In this document: one piece after another, positions 15,178 to 22,189 of the stretch | Layout of the letters: the number at the start of each line of letters is the position of its first letter | Numbering within the stretch: position 1 is the stretch's first letter | Virus record (IMG/VR): IMGVR_UViG_3300024581_003792 | Coordinates: 191,006-213,830 of that record | Reading direction: 5' to 3' (one strand) | DNA from: a virus | Length of the DNA: 22,825 nucleotides | Made by a program: the position numbers and the translations under genes | The notes under the pieces: model-generated | Database searches by the model: none | Told to the model about the DNA's origin: nothing | Seen by the model: the letters and a program-made list of their open reading frames with translations, nothing else

Positions 15178-15350
15178 CAGAAGAAAAAAGCGAATATATT
15201 ATTGTAAATTGGGACAGACCTCATGGTCACGAAAGAATACCAACAAATAAAAAAATTCTCTTGACAAAAGATGAGGCTTATGATTTAAATAAGTTGGTTA
15301 CATTAAATGGCGAAAATAAAAGATATGTTAAAAGTGAAACCAATACATAA
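15174..15350 (+). CDS. Hypothetical protein, paralog of 12679..12858
   Basis: ATGA overlap; LLTKDEAYDLN...LNGENKRYV. Confidence 0.7.
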   Translation: MTEEKSEYIIVNWDRPHGHERIPTNKKILLTKDEAYDLNKLVTLNGENKRYVKSETNT

Positions 15351-15615
15351 TACTAGAAACTGCCAATACAGAAAGTTCCTGCACACTAAATTAAAACACG
15401 GCAAAATAAGTGGTCGCTTTTATAAGTTTCTTTATAGGAATTTTCCCTATCGAGTTACTGCAAGAGAAGTGCAAGTTTGTGTTCAAAAAGTTCTTTATGG
15501 TGGAATGAACGAAGACAAAGCTATTGCAATATTAAAAAATCAAAGTAATGAACTTAGAAGGCAAAAAGAAATGGCAAAATCAAATTGGGAGTGCAGAAAG
15601 AAAATTGAAAAATAA
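15307..15615 (+). CDS. Basic hypothetical protein (start may be 15325)
   Basis: ORF track; Lys/Arg-rich. Confidence 0.65.
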   Translation: MAKIKDMLKVKPIHNTRNCQYRKFLHTKLKHGKISGRFYKFLYRNFPYRVTAREVQVCVQKVLYGGMNEDKAIAILKNQSNELRRQKEMAKSNWECRKKIEK

Positions 15616-15642
15616 AATAAAATTAATATACGAATTTTTTGG

Positions 15643-15671
15643 TTGCATTGTGGTTTTTTGTCTGATAATGT
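15643..15671 (+). promoter_or_regulatory. sigma70-type promoter
   Basis: TTGCAT-N17-TAATGT with extended TG, in an intergenic gap. Confidence 0.55.
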
Positions 15672-15712
15672 GTTTTCAATTAATTTACATTCTAACAGGA
15701 AGAGAATAAAAT

Positions 15713-15916
15713 ATGAAGGAAATAATATTAAAAGTATTAAGCGAAGTTGCTTGCGGAAATACAGGTACTTGCCAAATCAATTTACAATCAGAGTCTGCGC
15801 AAGAAATGATTGCAAATAAACTCGAACCTGAATTACAAAGGTATATGCAGGAATTAGTTGAGTGTGCAGTTATGGGCGGATCAGATCAATGTTGCGGAGG
15901 TGGATGCCATGACTAG
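15713..15916 (+). CDS. Hypothetical protein with CCGGGCH tail
   Basis: QINL.SE.AQ core and Cys-rich C-terminus. Confidence 0.7.
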   Translation: MKEIILKVLSEVACGNTGTCQINLQSESAQEMIANKLEPELQRYMQELVECAVMGGSDQCCGGGCHD

Positions 15917-16133
15917 GAATCAAAAAATTCAAAATTTAATAAGCGCAAATAAAATACTAATACAAGATGTTGTTAGCAATGAATCTTTTACGCAAGAAGA
16001 CAAAGAGCTAGTAAGAGATAAAATGCATTTGCTTACATTGCAGTTAGCGTTTTGGGTAGATGAAGAGAACGAAGAGCGATTTTTTTACGATTTAAAAGAT
16101 CATATTAATTGGATGTTGAAAAACTTTTCGTAA
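15909..16133 (+). CDS. Hypothetical protein
   Basis: ATG 15909 overlaps the upstream gene end. Confidence 0.7.
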   Translation: MTRNQKIQNLISANKILIQDVVSNESFTQEDKELVRDKMHLLTLQLAFWVDEENEERFFYDLKDHINWMLKNFS

Positions 16134-16140
16134 AAAAGGG

Positions 16141-16169
16141 TTGACAATGCCCCGAACTTTTAGTAGATT
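16141..16169 (+). promoter_or_regulatory. sigma70-type promoter, leaderless
   Basis: TTGACA-N17-TAGATT; ATG 6 nt downstream. Confidence 0.8.
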
Positions 16170-16175
16170 GAGGGC

Positions 16176-16460
16176 ATGAGCAAAATTACATTACAAGAAA
16201 TATTAACGCAGGAAGCGTTCCGAATTAAAGACTTAAAAGAATCTATTGCGGAATCCTACCCCGAAGCATTATTTGCTGATGGACATGATCATGCAATCTT
16301 GGGTTACTCTCAAGATGGTAGAGTAATCTATTCTTATAACAAAATAATAGAAGGGTTAATGGATGGCATGACTCATGAAGAGGCAGTAGAATATTTTGAT
16401 TTTAACATTGGTTGCGCTTATGTTGGCGAATACACTCCAATCTATATGTACGAGGAATAA
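16176..16460 (+). CDS. Conserved hypothetical phage protein
   Basis: ADG.D.AILG...VIYS...MT.EEA.EYF.FNI..AYVGE.TPI, a pattern common in uncultured phage proteins. Confidence 0.8.
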   Translation: MSKITLQEILTQEAFRIKDLKESIAESYPEALFADGHDHAILGYSQDGRVIYSYNKIIEGLMDGMTHEEAVEYFDFNIGCAYVGEYTPIYMYEE

Positions 16461-16463
16461 ATT

Positions 16464-16676
16464 ATGAAAAAAACATACGAAATAGAATTAATGGCAACAA
16501 CTTATAGAACCTATGAAGTTGAGGCAGAATCTCCCGAACAAGCCCAAGATATTGCCTTTAGTGAATTAGATGAAGATCACATGATTAGTACCGCATGGAA
16601 AGAAGAGGCGAAATTATCTTATTGCGAAGAAATAAAAGAAGATTCCGAGCTTGACAAATTAAACCAAGACTTATAA
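16464..16676 (+). CDS. Small acidic protein (Y.VEA...EA family)
   Basis: YEVEAESPEQA. Confidence 0.75.
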   Translation: MKKTYEIELMATTYRTYEVEAESPEQAQDIAFSELDEDHMISTAWKEEAKLSYCEEIKEDSELDKLNQDL

Positions 16677-16679
16677 GGT
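16651..16679 (+). promoter_or_regulatory. sigma70-type promoter in upstream 3' end, leaderless
   Basis: TTGACA-N17-TAAGGT; ATG 6 nt downstream. Confidence 0.8.
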
Positions 16680-16685
16680 AGAGAC

Positions 16686-16973
16686 ATGAACAGAAATGCA
16701 GAAATAATACAATTGCGAGAATTACATGATGTCGAGAGTTCTCTTAACACTAAAATAGGCGATATTTACGAATATCCTCCCGCTAGAAAAATTGCGGAAA
16801 AGTTATTCGATCTAAATGATGAGTTAAATGTCTTATTAAACAAAAGATCAGAAGCATTAAATATGAATCTAAGGTTTGGGTCTGTTGGCGCAGATACATC
16901 GCACTTGAACGATGATGACTTTGGCGCTTTTATTCGGGGCGAAATAAATGAACATGGAGATAAATTAAAATGA
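16686..16973 (+). CDS. Hypothetical protein
   Basis: ORF at a predicted transcription start. Confidence 0.75.
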   Translation: MNRNAEIIQLRELHDVESSLNTKIGDIYEYPPARKIAEKLFDLNDELNVLLNKRSEALNMNLRFGSVGADTSHLNDDDFGAFIRGEINEHGDKLK

Positions 16974-17164
16974 GCAAGAAAAAAGATAAATATTTTGTAT
17001 TCTCTGTACCTGCAACAATGGTATACGAGATTCAAGCTGAAACAGAAGATGAAGCGCGCGAAATATTAGTTGAAGAAGGTGGAATTAATATCTTTGGTGA
17101 TTTGTGCGACATGACAAGTGAAGATTATGCTAATGCAGATTTAGAGCAAACTTACGAAATGTAA
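16970..17164 (+). CDS. Small acidic protein (Y.VEA...EA family)
   Basis: YEIQAETEDEAREI. Confidence 0.75.
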   Translation: MSKKKDKYFVFSVPATMVYEIQAETEDEAREILVEEGGINIFGDLCDMTSEDYANADLEQTYEM

Positions 17165-17173
17165 AATAAACGC

Positions 17174-17202
17174 TTGACAATAATAAATAATTCATATAAG
17201 GT
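17174..17202 (+). promoter_or_regulatory. sigma70-type promoter, leaderless
   Basis: TTGACA-N17-TAAGGT; ATG 6 nt downstream at 17209. Confidence 0.8.
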
Positions 17203-17208
17203 ATGAGC

Positions 17209-17625
17209 ATGAAAGAAATTATAGGAGACGATTGTCCAACTTACGAAGAATCTGTAAACATGAGTTTAGCTGAACAAAAAAAAGATTCAGTTTATACTTA
17301 CATGACTGAAGTAGAGCATGAAATAAATAAACAAAATGTTGAAAGATTATTGAAAGAAAATTTTGAGCTTCGACATAGACTTGCTTGTATTGCTGACGAT
17401 ATAGTAATTATTTCCAATCATATAGAAGAGAATTGTAATAAAAAATTTAAAAGACCAAGTCTTAATCCCGATGGAAGCGTTTATGCAGATCAAGCATGGC
17501 ATAATGTTAGTAACATAGAAATTGCTTGCGACTTAACTGATAATGCTCCACTTGAATGGGGTAGCAAAGTAAAAGCAGAACTTACTCAAGATCAAATAAT
17601 GGAAATGGAACAACAGATACGATGA
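17209..17625 (+). CDS. Hypothetical protein
   Basis: Start 17209 preferred because ATG 17203 lies upstream of the predicted transcription start. Confidence 0.75.
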   Translation: MKEIIGDDCPTYEESVNMSLAEQKKDSVYTYMTEVEHEINKQNVERLLKENFELRHRLACIADDIVIISNHIEENCNKKFKRPSLNPDGSVYADQAWHNVSNIEIACDLTDNAPLEWGSKVKAELTQDQIMEMEQQIR

Positions 17626-17810
17626 ACATCGACTATACATTATTAGAAAAACAAAGAGATCATTTACTCGCAATCTTGTGGCATGATTTCAAGCCCCCAC
17701 AAGAAAGGGAAGATCAACCTGTTCCATTAGATAGAGAATTAGGTTGGGGTATTGTACATTTACTCGATGACCTATTAGATCAAAACTATTACAAGCAAAA
17801 AAATGGATAA
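17622..17810 (+). CDS. Hypothetical protein
   Basis: ATGA overlap; ID..LL..QR..L...G...LLD pattern. Confidence 0.72.
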   Translation: MNIDYTLLEKQRDHLLAILWHDFKPPQEREDQPVPLDRELGWGIVHLLDDLLDQNYYKQKNG

Positions 17811-18030
17811 TAAAAAAAGAGAATATTGTGTTGGCATTAAAATAATTAATTGCTTTTATGTCGAAGCGGAAAATAGAACTGAAGCAGAAGAAATTGTAAG
17901 GGGATATGATCCATACACAACTCTTGATGATTGTGATTTTCAAATTGAGTATGCTGATCCCACAAATGGGCAAATAGCATGGCAAATAAGAGCAGATGAG
18001 GTAGATTGGAATAAACTTAATAATGAATAG
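17803..18030 (+). CDS. Small acidic protein (Y.VEA...EA family)
   Basis: FYVEAENRTEAEEI. Confidence 0.72.
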   Translation: MDNKKREYCVGIKIINCFYVEAENRTEAEEIVRGYDPYTTLDDCDFQIEYADPTNGQIAWQIRADEVDWNKLNNE

Positions 18031-18232
18031 TAAAACCTTGGCATCCCTCAAAAGAGAAGAAGAAATAAACCAAGAGATTGCAGATTCTTGGAAGCATATC
18101 AAAGACCTTGAGGCAGAACTAGAATTTCTTTATGTACGAGAGCCACATGAAGTAGAATACATTGAGCGCTTAAAAAATATACTTGACAATTTATACGAAA
18201 AAGTAGATACTTTAAAACATGAAATTAACTAA
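18023..18232 (+). CDS. Hypothetical coiled-coil protein
   Basis: 8-nt overlap with the upstream gene; helical hairpin-like. Confidence 0.72.
   Translation: MNSKTLASLKREEEINQEIADSWKHIKDLEAELEFLYVREPHEVEYIERLKNILDNLYEKVDTLKHEIN
18183..18211 (+). promoter_or_regulatory. sigma70-type promoter in upstream 3' end, leaderless
   Basis: TTGACA-N17-GATACT; ATG 7 nt downstream. Confidence 0.7.
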
Positions 18233-18422
18233 ATATCAAAAAGCTAGATTACTTGAACACGAATGGGATGTTGTTGAAAATGACAATGGTCAAAACTGCT
18301 CATGGATTAGTGTAGAACCCGAAGATGGTGAAATTTTTCACATCGTAACTGAACTTTTTAACTTGACAGGAGAGGGTAAAGACATTAAGTTATTGGTAGT
18401 AGGGACAAGAGAGGAATTTTAA
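18219..18422 (+). CDS. Hypothetical protein
   Basis: ORF at a predicted transcription start. Confidence 0.72.
   Translation: MKLTKYQKARLLEHEWDVVENDNGQNCSWISVEPEDGEIFHIVTELFNLTGEGKDIKLLVVGTREEF
18363..18391 (+). promoter_or_regulatory. sigma70-type promoter embedded in CDS
   Basis: TTGACA-N17-TAAGTT. Confidence 0.6.
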
Positions 18423-18424
18423 TT

Positions 18425-18622
18425 ATGAGAACAACAAAAGAACAACAACGAGAAGATGAACCATCATTTGATGATATGCGATATGATCTAGCCGAAGCTG
18501 AAGCGATGAATATGCAAGTAAGCGACATTATTGATCTACTGATTGATGGATTCGAGGGTCTATCAATGCTACCTGACTCGGAAATAAAAGAAGAGTGGGA
18601 TCAAATTTTTAACTCAAAATAA
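18425..18622 (+). CDS. Small acidic protein
   Basis: TAATTATG junction; Asp/Glu-rich. Confidence 0.72.
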   Translation: MRTTKEQQREDEPSFDDMRYDLAEAEAMNMQVSDIIDLLIDGFEGLSMLPDSEIKEEWDQIFNSK

Positions 18623-18636
18623 TACAATATAAAAAT

Positions 18637-18840
18637 ATGAAAATTAAACCTGAATATCAACACATACCTGAAGAAATTAGAAACCTAGAGGCAGAAATTC
18701 AAGACTTAGAAATGGAAAATTCACAACTTATGTCTGAAGGTAATAATATGCAACTAATATCTGTTAATAATAATAATATTATTAAATTTAAAAATCGCAT
18801 ACAAAGTTTAGAACTTACCTTGAAAGAGGTTGCTGAATAA
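18637..18840 (+). CDS. Hypothetical coiled-coil protein
   Basis: Heptad pattern. Confidence 0.72.
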   Translation: MKIKPEYQHIPEEIRNLEAEIQDLEMENSQLMSEGNNMQLISVNNNNIIKFKNRIQSLELTLKEVAE

Positions 18841-18841
18841 C

Positions 18842-19033
18842 ATGAATTACGAACAAGCACTTGAATTAGTTGTTAGAGAAGCAGAATCATCTGCTCTTGG
18901 CGAAAATACCGAATATCATCGCAAAGTTCTTTTAGCGATTGAAGTTGTTGAAGCGCAATATGATGAGCATGGACATCATTTCGCAAATTTCACACTTGAC
19001 AATTCAGAAAGCTCTGTTATTGTCGATCAATAA
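18842..19033 (+). CDS. Hypothetical protein
   Basis: ATG 1 nt after the upstream stop. Confidence 0.7.
   Translation: MNYEQALELVVREAESSALGENTEYHRKVLLAIEVVEAQYDEHGHHFANFTLDNSESSVIVDQ
18996..19023 (+). promoter_or_regulatory. sigma70-type promoter in upstream 3' end
   Basis: TTGACA-N16-TATTGT with extended TG. Confidence 0.7.
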
Positions 19034-19055
19034 ACTATTAACACAAGGAATAAAA

Positions 19056-19673
19056 ATGAATTACTTCACAAACGCAAATGTCAAATGGAATACTTGGTCG
19101 CCCGAAAATGTTATCTTCAAAAGCAATCAATTAGTCAAGAAGGTTTTACCCTCGGAAAATATTATGTCATGGAAGAGTAAAGGTGATCGTGACCAAAAAA
19201 TGTGCGAGAAAACAGGCAATAAGACATTTCAAACAAATCAATTTGGTGGACAACCATATACATATTATACCAAAGAAAACTACAAAGGAATTATGGTTCA
19301 ATTAAAAGATATTAAAGACGATTTCCCATCTGCTAATATTGACTTTATTGATTGGACAGAAAGAAAGGATAGTGTTGGTAATCGGAAAGGTCACCTTGAT
19401 GTATTAGTTTACCTTCATTCTTTTCATTGTGATTGGCAATACATAAAATGCCCAAATACAGGTCAATGGATTAAGAAGAATACAGGTAAAACTGCACCAT
19501 TACGAGAAGGTTATCGTATGTGTTATGGTGGACAAGGTGATGCAAATAGCTTAGACTTTGACGAATTTCACGAATTGGTTCAAATAACAGAAATGATCAG
19601 AGATTTTCTTGTTGATGTTGTTGTTCCTGCAAAGAATGGCGAATTAGTTGAAGAAGATTTATTAGTAGCATAA
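19056..19673 (+). CDS. Hypothetical protein (205 aa)
   Basis: ATG 19056 with AAGGA upstream is preferred over TTG 18939. Confidence 0.8.
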   Translation: MNYFTNANVKWNTWSPENVIFKSNQLVKKVLPSENIMSWKSKGDRDQKMCEKTGNKTFQTNQFGGQPYTYYTKENYKGIMVQLKDIKDDFPSANIDFIDWTERKDSVGNRKGHLDVLVYLHSFHCDWQYIKCPNTGQWIKKNTGKTAPLREGYRMCYGGQGDANSLDFDEFHELVQITEMIRDFLVDVVVPAKNGELVEEDLLVA

Positions 19674-19834
19674 TGTCAATTTATTATAGAGATGATGTAT
19701 TATTATATGTTGGTAATCCAACAGGTTTTGAGGATTACATAAAACAAGCAGAATTAAAAGAAATGCAACAAGAAGCAAATACGCAACATAATGTAAGTAA
19801 ACAATTGATGCCGACAAATATTAAAGATGACTAA
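19673..19834 (+). CDS. Hypothetical protein (53 aa, not in ORF track)
   Basis: TAATG overlap; MSIYYRDDVLLYVGNPTGFEDY... Confidence 0.6.
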   Translation: MSIYYRDDVLLYVGNPTGFEDYIKQAELKEMQQEANTQHNVSKQLMPTNIKDD

Positions 19835-19922
19835 TTTACCACAAATAGTACAAACAACGAGTTTGCTCTTAGGTTTAGTTGCAGTAGTTGTTTTTCTTTT
19901 GATATTAGCGAGCCATGAATAA
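19827..19922 (+). CDS. Single-TM microprotein (31 aa, not in ORF track)
   Basis: MTNLPQIVQTTSLLLGLVAVVVFLLILASHE; 8-nt overlaps on both sides. Confidence 0.6.
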   Translation: MTNLPQIVQTTSLLLGLVAVVVFLLILASHE

Positions 19923-20091
19923 AATTGTAATGGATGATTATGACGCAGGGTTTATGGATGCGGTCAAATTATTGGAGAAAAAATTAGATTCGCTTATTGA
20001 GGATCAAGCTATTGCTTGTGAAGAAGATAAAGCCCAACAAAAAGATTTATTCTTCTTAGAATTTATCAAGCAAAAACTTTTTCAAGAATAG
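19915..20091 (+). CDS. Hypothetical protein (58 aa, not in ORF track)
   Basis: MNKIVMDDYDAGFMDAVKLLEKKL...QKLFQE. Confidence 0.65.
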   Translation: MNKIVMDDYDAGFMDAVKLLEKKLDSLIEDQAIACEEDKAQQKDLFFLEFIKQKLFQE

Positions 20092-20093
20092 TG

Positions 20094-20122
20094 TTGACAA
20101 AGCTCTGACTTTCCACTAATGT
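20094..20122 (+). promoter_or_regulatory. sigma70-type promoter, leaderless
   Basis: TTGACA-N17-TAATGT; ATG 7 nt downstream (20130). Confidence 0.8.
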
Positions 20123-20129
20123 GGTTGGT

Positions 20130-20603
20130 ATGGAACTTAAAAAAGCACAAGCGCTCACACACTATTTAATGTATGAACATAAATTGCCTAGCGATTGGAA
20201 ATTTCGTTGGCAAAACAAAAAGATTTCTTTAGGTACTTGTAGTTATCAGAAAAAAGAAATTCGTTTGTCTAAATGGTATGCCGAATTAAATGATGAAGCA
20301 GAAGTTAGGGATACTATACTGCATGAAATTGCTCATGCTCTATCTTATATAAGGCATGGTCGAAAAGGCATTGGTCATGGTAGACTATGGAAAAGTATTT
20401 GCAGAGAAATAGGCGCAATACCAAGAGCTTGTAGTAAAGGAAAATTAAATAAACCACAAAATCATTATAAGTATGTTGACACTTGTTGTGGAGTAACTTA
20501 TAGAATGCATAGATTAAGAAGAAATGCTAGATACTCTTGTCCAAAATGCCGTCAAAGATTATTCTTGACAACTAACGATAAATCACTTAGTCTTGTTTCA
20601 TGA
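20130..20603 (+). CDS. SprT-like zinc metalloprotease
   Basis: G.C.Y..K.I.LS, TILHEIAHA, GHG..W...C..IG and a C-terminal C..YSCPKC zinc ribbon. Confidence 0.88.
   Translation: MELKKAQALTHYLMYEHKLPSDWKFRWQNKKISLGTCSYQKKEIRLSKWYAELNDEAEVRDTILHEIAHALSYIRHGRKGIGHGRLWKSICREIGAIPRACSKGKLNKPQNHYKYVDTCCGVTYRMHRLRRNARYSCPKCRQRLFLTTNDKSLSLVS
20565..20593 (+). promoter_or_regulatory. sigma70-type promoter in upstream 3' end, leaderless
   Basis: TTGACA-N17-TAGTCT; ATG 6 nt downstream. Confidence 0.78.
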
Positions 20604-20917
20604 ATTACTCAATAATAGAAGGATGCATCAAGCAAAGCACAAACAATCCAATTATGAAAGACGAAATTTTAGTTGAACCAAAAATTCTAAAGAACAGAAA
20701 GAATCCTTTGTATGTGATTACTTCTACTCATGCAGAATCAATCAACTTATTGACTCGCAAGAAAAGCCTTGATGAAGTTGACCTTGACTCTTTAAAAAGT
20801 TTAGGCTTTGCGGTTGCCCAAAATAAACTTGACAAGGATGGTAACAAAGTCTACCTTAAACACAACACAAGAACATTTACCGAGAGCATGAATGCTCGCA
20901 AACAACAAAATAAATAA
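20600..20917 (+). CDS. Hypothetical protein
   Basis: ATGA overlap with the upstream stop. Confidence 0.72.
   Translation: MNYSIIEGCIKQSTNNPIMKDEILVEPKILKNRKNPLYVITSTHAESINLLTRKKSLDEVDLDSLKSLGFAVAQNKLDKDGNKVYLKHNTRTFTESMNARKQQNK
20829..20857 (+). promoter_or_regulatory. sigma70-type promoter embedded in CDS
   Basis: TTGACA-N17-TACCTT. Confidence 0.55.
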
Positions 20918-20929
20918 GGAGAAAATATT

Positions 20930-21358
20930 ATGGGATTAGATATGTATGCTTTTGCTCGTCCACCTCGCAAGAGGAATAGTGACGCTGATGTTGGAATTTG
21001 CGATTGGCGCAAACACAATCGCTTACAAGGATGGATGGAGAATTTATGGGAAAATAAAGGTAGACCAAATTGGAAACCATCTGAAGAAGAGAATGACTTT
21101 AGTGGTGACTTTAATTGCGTTGAATTGCCATTAACGAGGGCAGACCTTTATAACCTTGAAGATGCTCTTCGTAATTTTGAATTACCTGAATCAAATGGAT
21201 TCTTTTGGGGTAGCGATTCATATTTTTGGACAGATGAAGATGATAAACCATATCCCGAAAATGAATATTATTATAAAGAACAAGATTTAAATTTTGTTGC
21301 AGAAGCACATAAAATGCTTGACAAGGGTTATCGAGTTTTTTACACTTGTTGGTATTAA
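20930..21358 (+). CDS. Conserved hypothetical phage protein (MGLDMY...WRK.N family)
   Basis: MGLDMY, WRKHN.LQGW, FNC..L, GFF.G and Y..WY motifs; AAGGAG Shine-Dalgarno. Confidence 0.82.
   Translation: MGLDMYAFARPPRKRNSDADVGICDWRKHNRLQGWMENLWENKGRPNWKPSEEENDFSGDFNCVELPLTRADLYNLEDALRNFELPESNGFFWGSDSYFWTDEDDKPYPENEYYYKEQDLNFVAEAHKMLDKGYRVFYTCWY
21318..21346 (+). promoter_or_regulatory. sigma70-type promoter in upstream 3' end
   Basis: TTGACA-N17-TACACT. Confidence 0.75.
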
Positions 21359-21470
21359 TTTATGTAGATGGGTTCACCTCTTTTCCCTGCTTGATCAACA
21401 AAAAAAGACTAGCAAGTAATTCGATTACTACTATATCGGAGTTAGTCATGGATACTCTCCATGCAAATAT
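21359..21470 (+). ncRNA. Candidate structured RNA or 5' leader
   Basis: Non-coding gap after a promoter, with stems GACTAGC/GTTAGTC, AGTAAT/ATTACT and CATGGA/TCCATG. Confidence 0.35.
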
Positions 21471-21477
21471 TTAAACT

Positions 21478-21738
21478 ATGAAAATAAAATTAGGATTACG
21501 AGGAAGTTCAGATGCAGTAAATCATATTTTAATAAAAATAGATGATCTTACTTTAATGACTACTGAAAATTTATTTCTTGCAGGGGAAGAGTATAGAAAT
21601 AAAACAGGAAAAAATATTGTAGAATTATTTAATTGCTTATCAGAAGAGCATGAAATATTGATCAAAGAAAATATAGCAAAGGAAGCAGAAAGAGAACTAG
21701 GTTTAAAAAACGGAGAATTACAAAAATATTCAAAATAG
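21478..21738 (+). CDS. Hypothetical protein
   Basis: ORF track; co-oriented with neighbours. Confidence 0.68.
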   Translation: MKIKLGLRGSSDAVNHILIKIDDLTLMTTENLFLAGEEYRNKTGKNIVELFNCLSEEHEILIKENIAKEAERELGLKNGELQKYSK

Positions 21739-21740
21739 TG

Positions 21741-21769
21741 TTGACACAAAATCAAAACTAATCTAATGT
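21741..21769 (+). promoter_or_regulatory. sigma70-type promoter, leaderless
   Basis: TTGACA-N17-TAATGT; ATG 7 nt downstream. Confidence 0.8.
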
Positions 21770-21776
21770 ACAAACC

Positions 21777-22010
21777 ATGAATACCGCACAAGCATTCCTA
21801 GATAGTATCAACCAATCAATCGCTAACGCTGAAAAGATAGCAAACTCGATCCCCAAGAAGGGTCTTAATGTTTATCTTGACAAATCAACTATGGTTATGC
21901 AAACATTTAGTGATCCTAGCGCATTTGAATATGCCAAGAAAGTTACTGCAAGAGCAGGTCAATCAAGTTGTCTTCGCAATGTATTAGATGCAGGGGGTAG
22001 ATTACAATAA
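21777..22010 (+). CDS. Hypothetical protein
   Basis: ORF at a predicted transcription start. Confidence 0.72.
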   Translation: MNTAQAFLDSINQSIANAEKIANSIPKKGLNVYLDKSTMVMQTFSDPSAFEYAKKVTARAGQSSCLRNVLDAGGRLQ

Positions 22011-22153
22011 TCTTAATTGCGCATCATGGATAATGGATAAATCAAATTGTTAATCAAAATTTACAAAAATGATTCACAATGCATGATAAAAGATGCAAAA
22101 TAATTGCTTAACTATATAAATACTAATTTTTTATTGAAAATTTAACAAAATGC

Positions 22154-22182
22154 TTGACATATCATGCAAATTAACCTAGTTT
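22154..22182 (+). promoter_or_regulatory. sigma70-type promoter, leaderless
   Basis: TTGACA-N17-TAGTTT; ATG 7 nt downstream. Confidence 0.75.
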
Positions 22183-22189
22183 AGAAAAT

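Noticed and set aside
21365-21414. preQ1-I riboswitch-like look (GGTTC...CCC...AAAAAAAGACTAG)
   Set aside because: P1 would have only about 3 contiguous pairs, the linker is too long, and no queuosine-related gene follows.
21407-21470. tRNA, suggested by TTCGATT
   Set aside because: No 5-bp T-stem around a 7-nt loop and no cloverleaf.
3175-21905. TTGACA at 3175, 14926, 15261, 20476 and 21877 as promoters
   Set aside because: No convincing -10 hexamer at 16-18 nt; consistent with the chance background.
22115-22122. T4-type late promoter TATAAATA
   Set aside because: Single occurrence in very AT-rich intergenic DNA, expected by chance.
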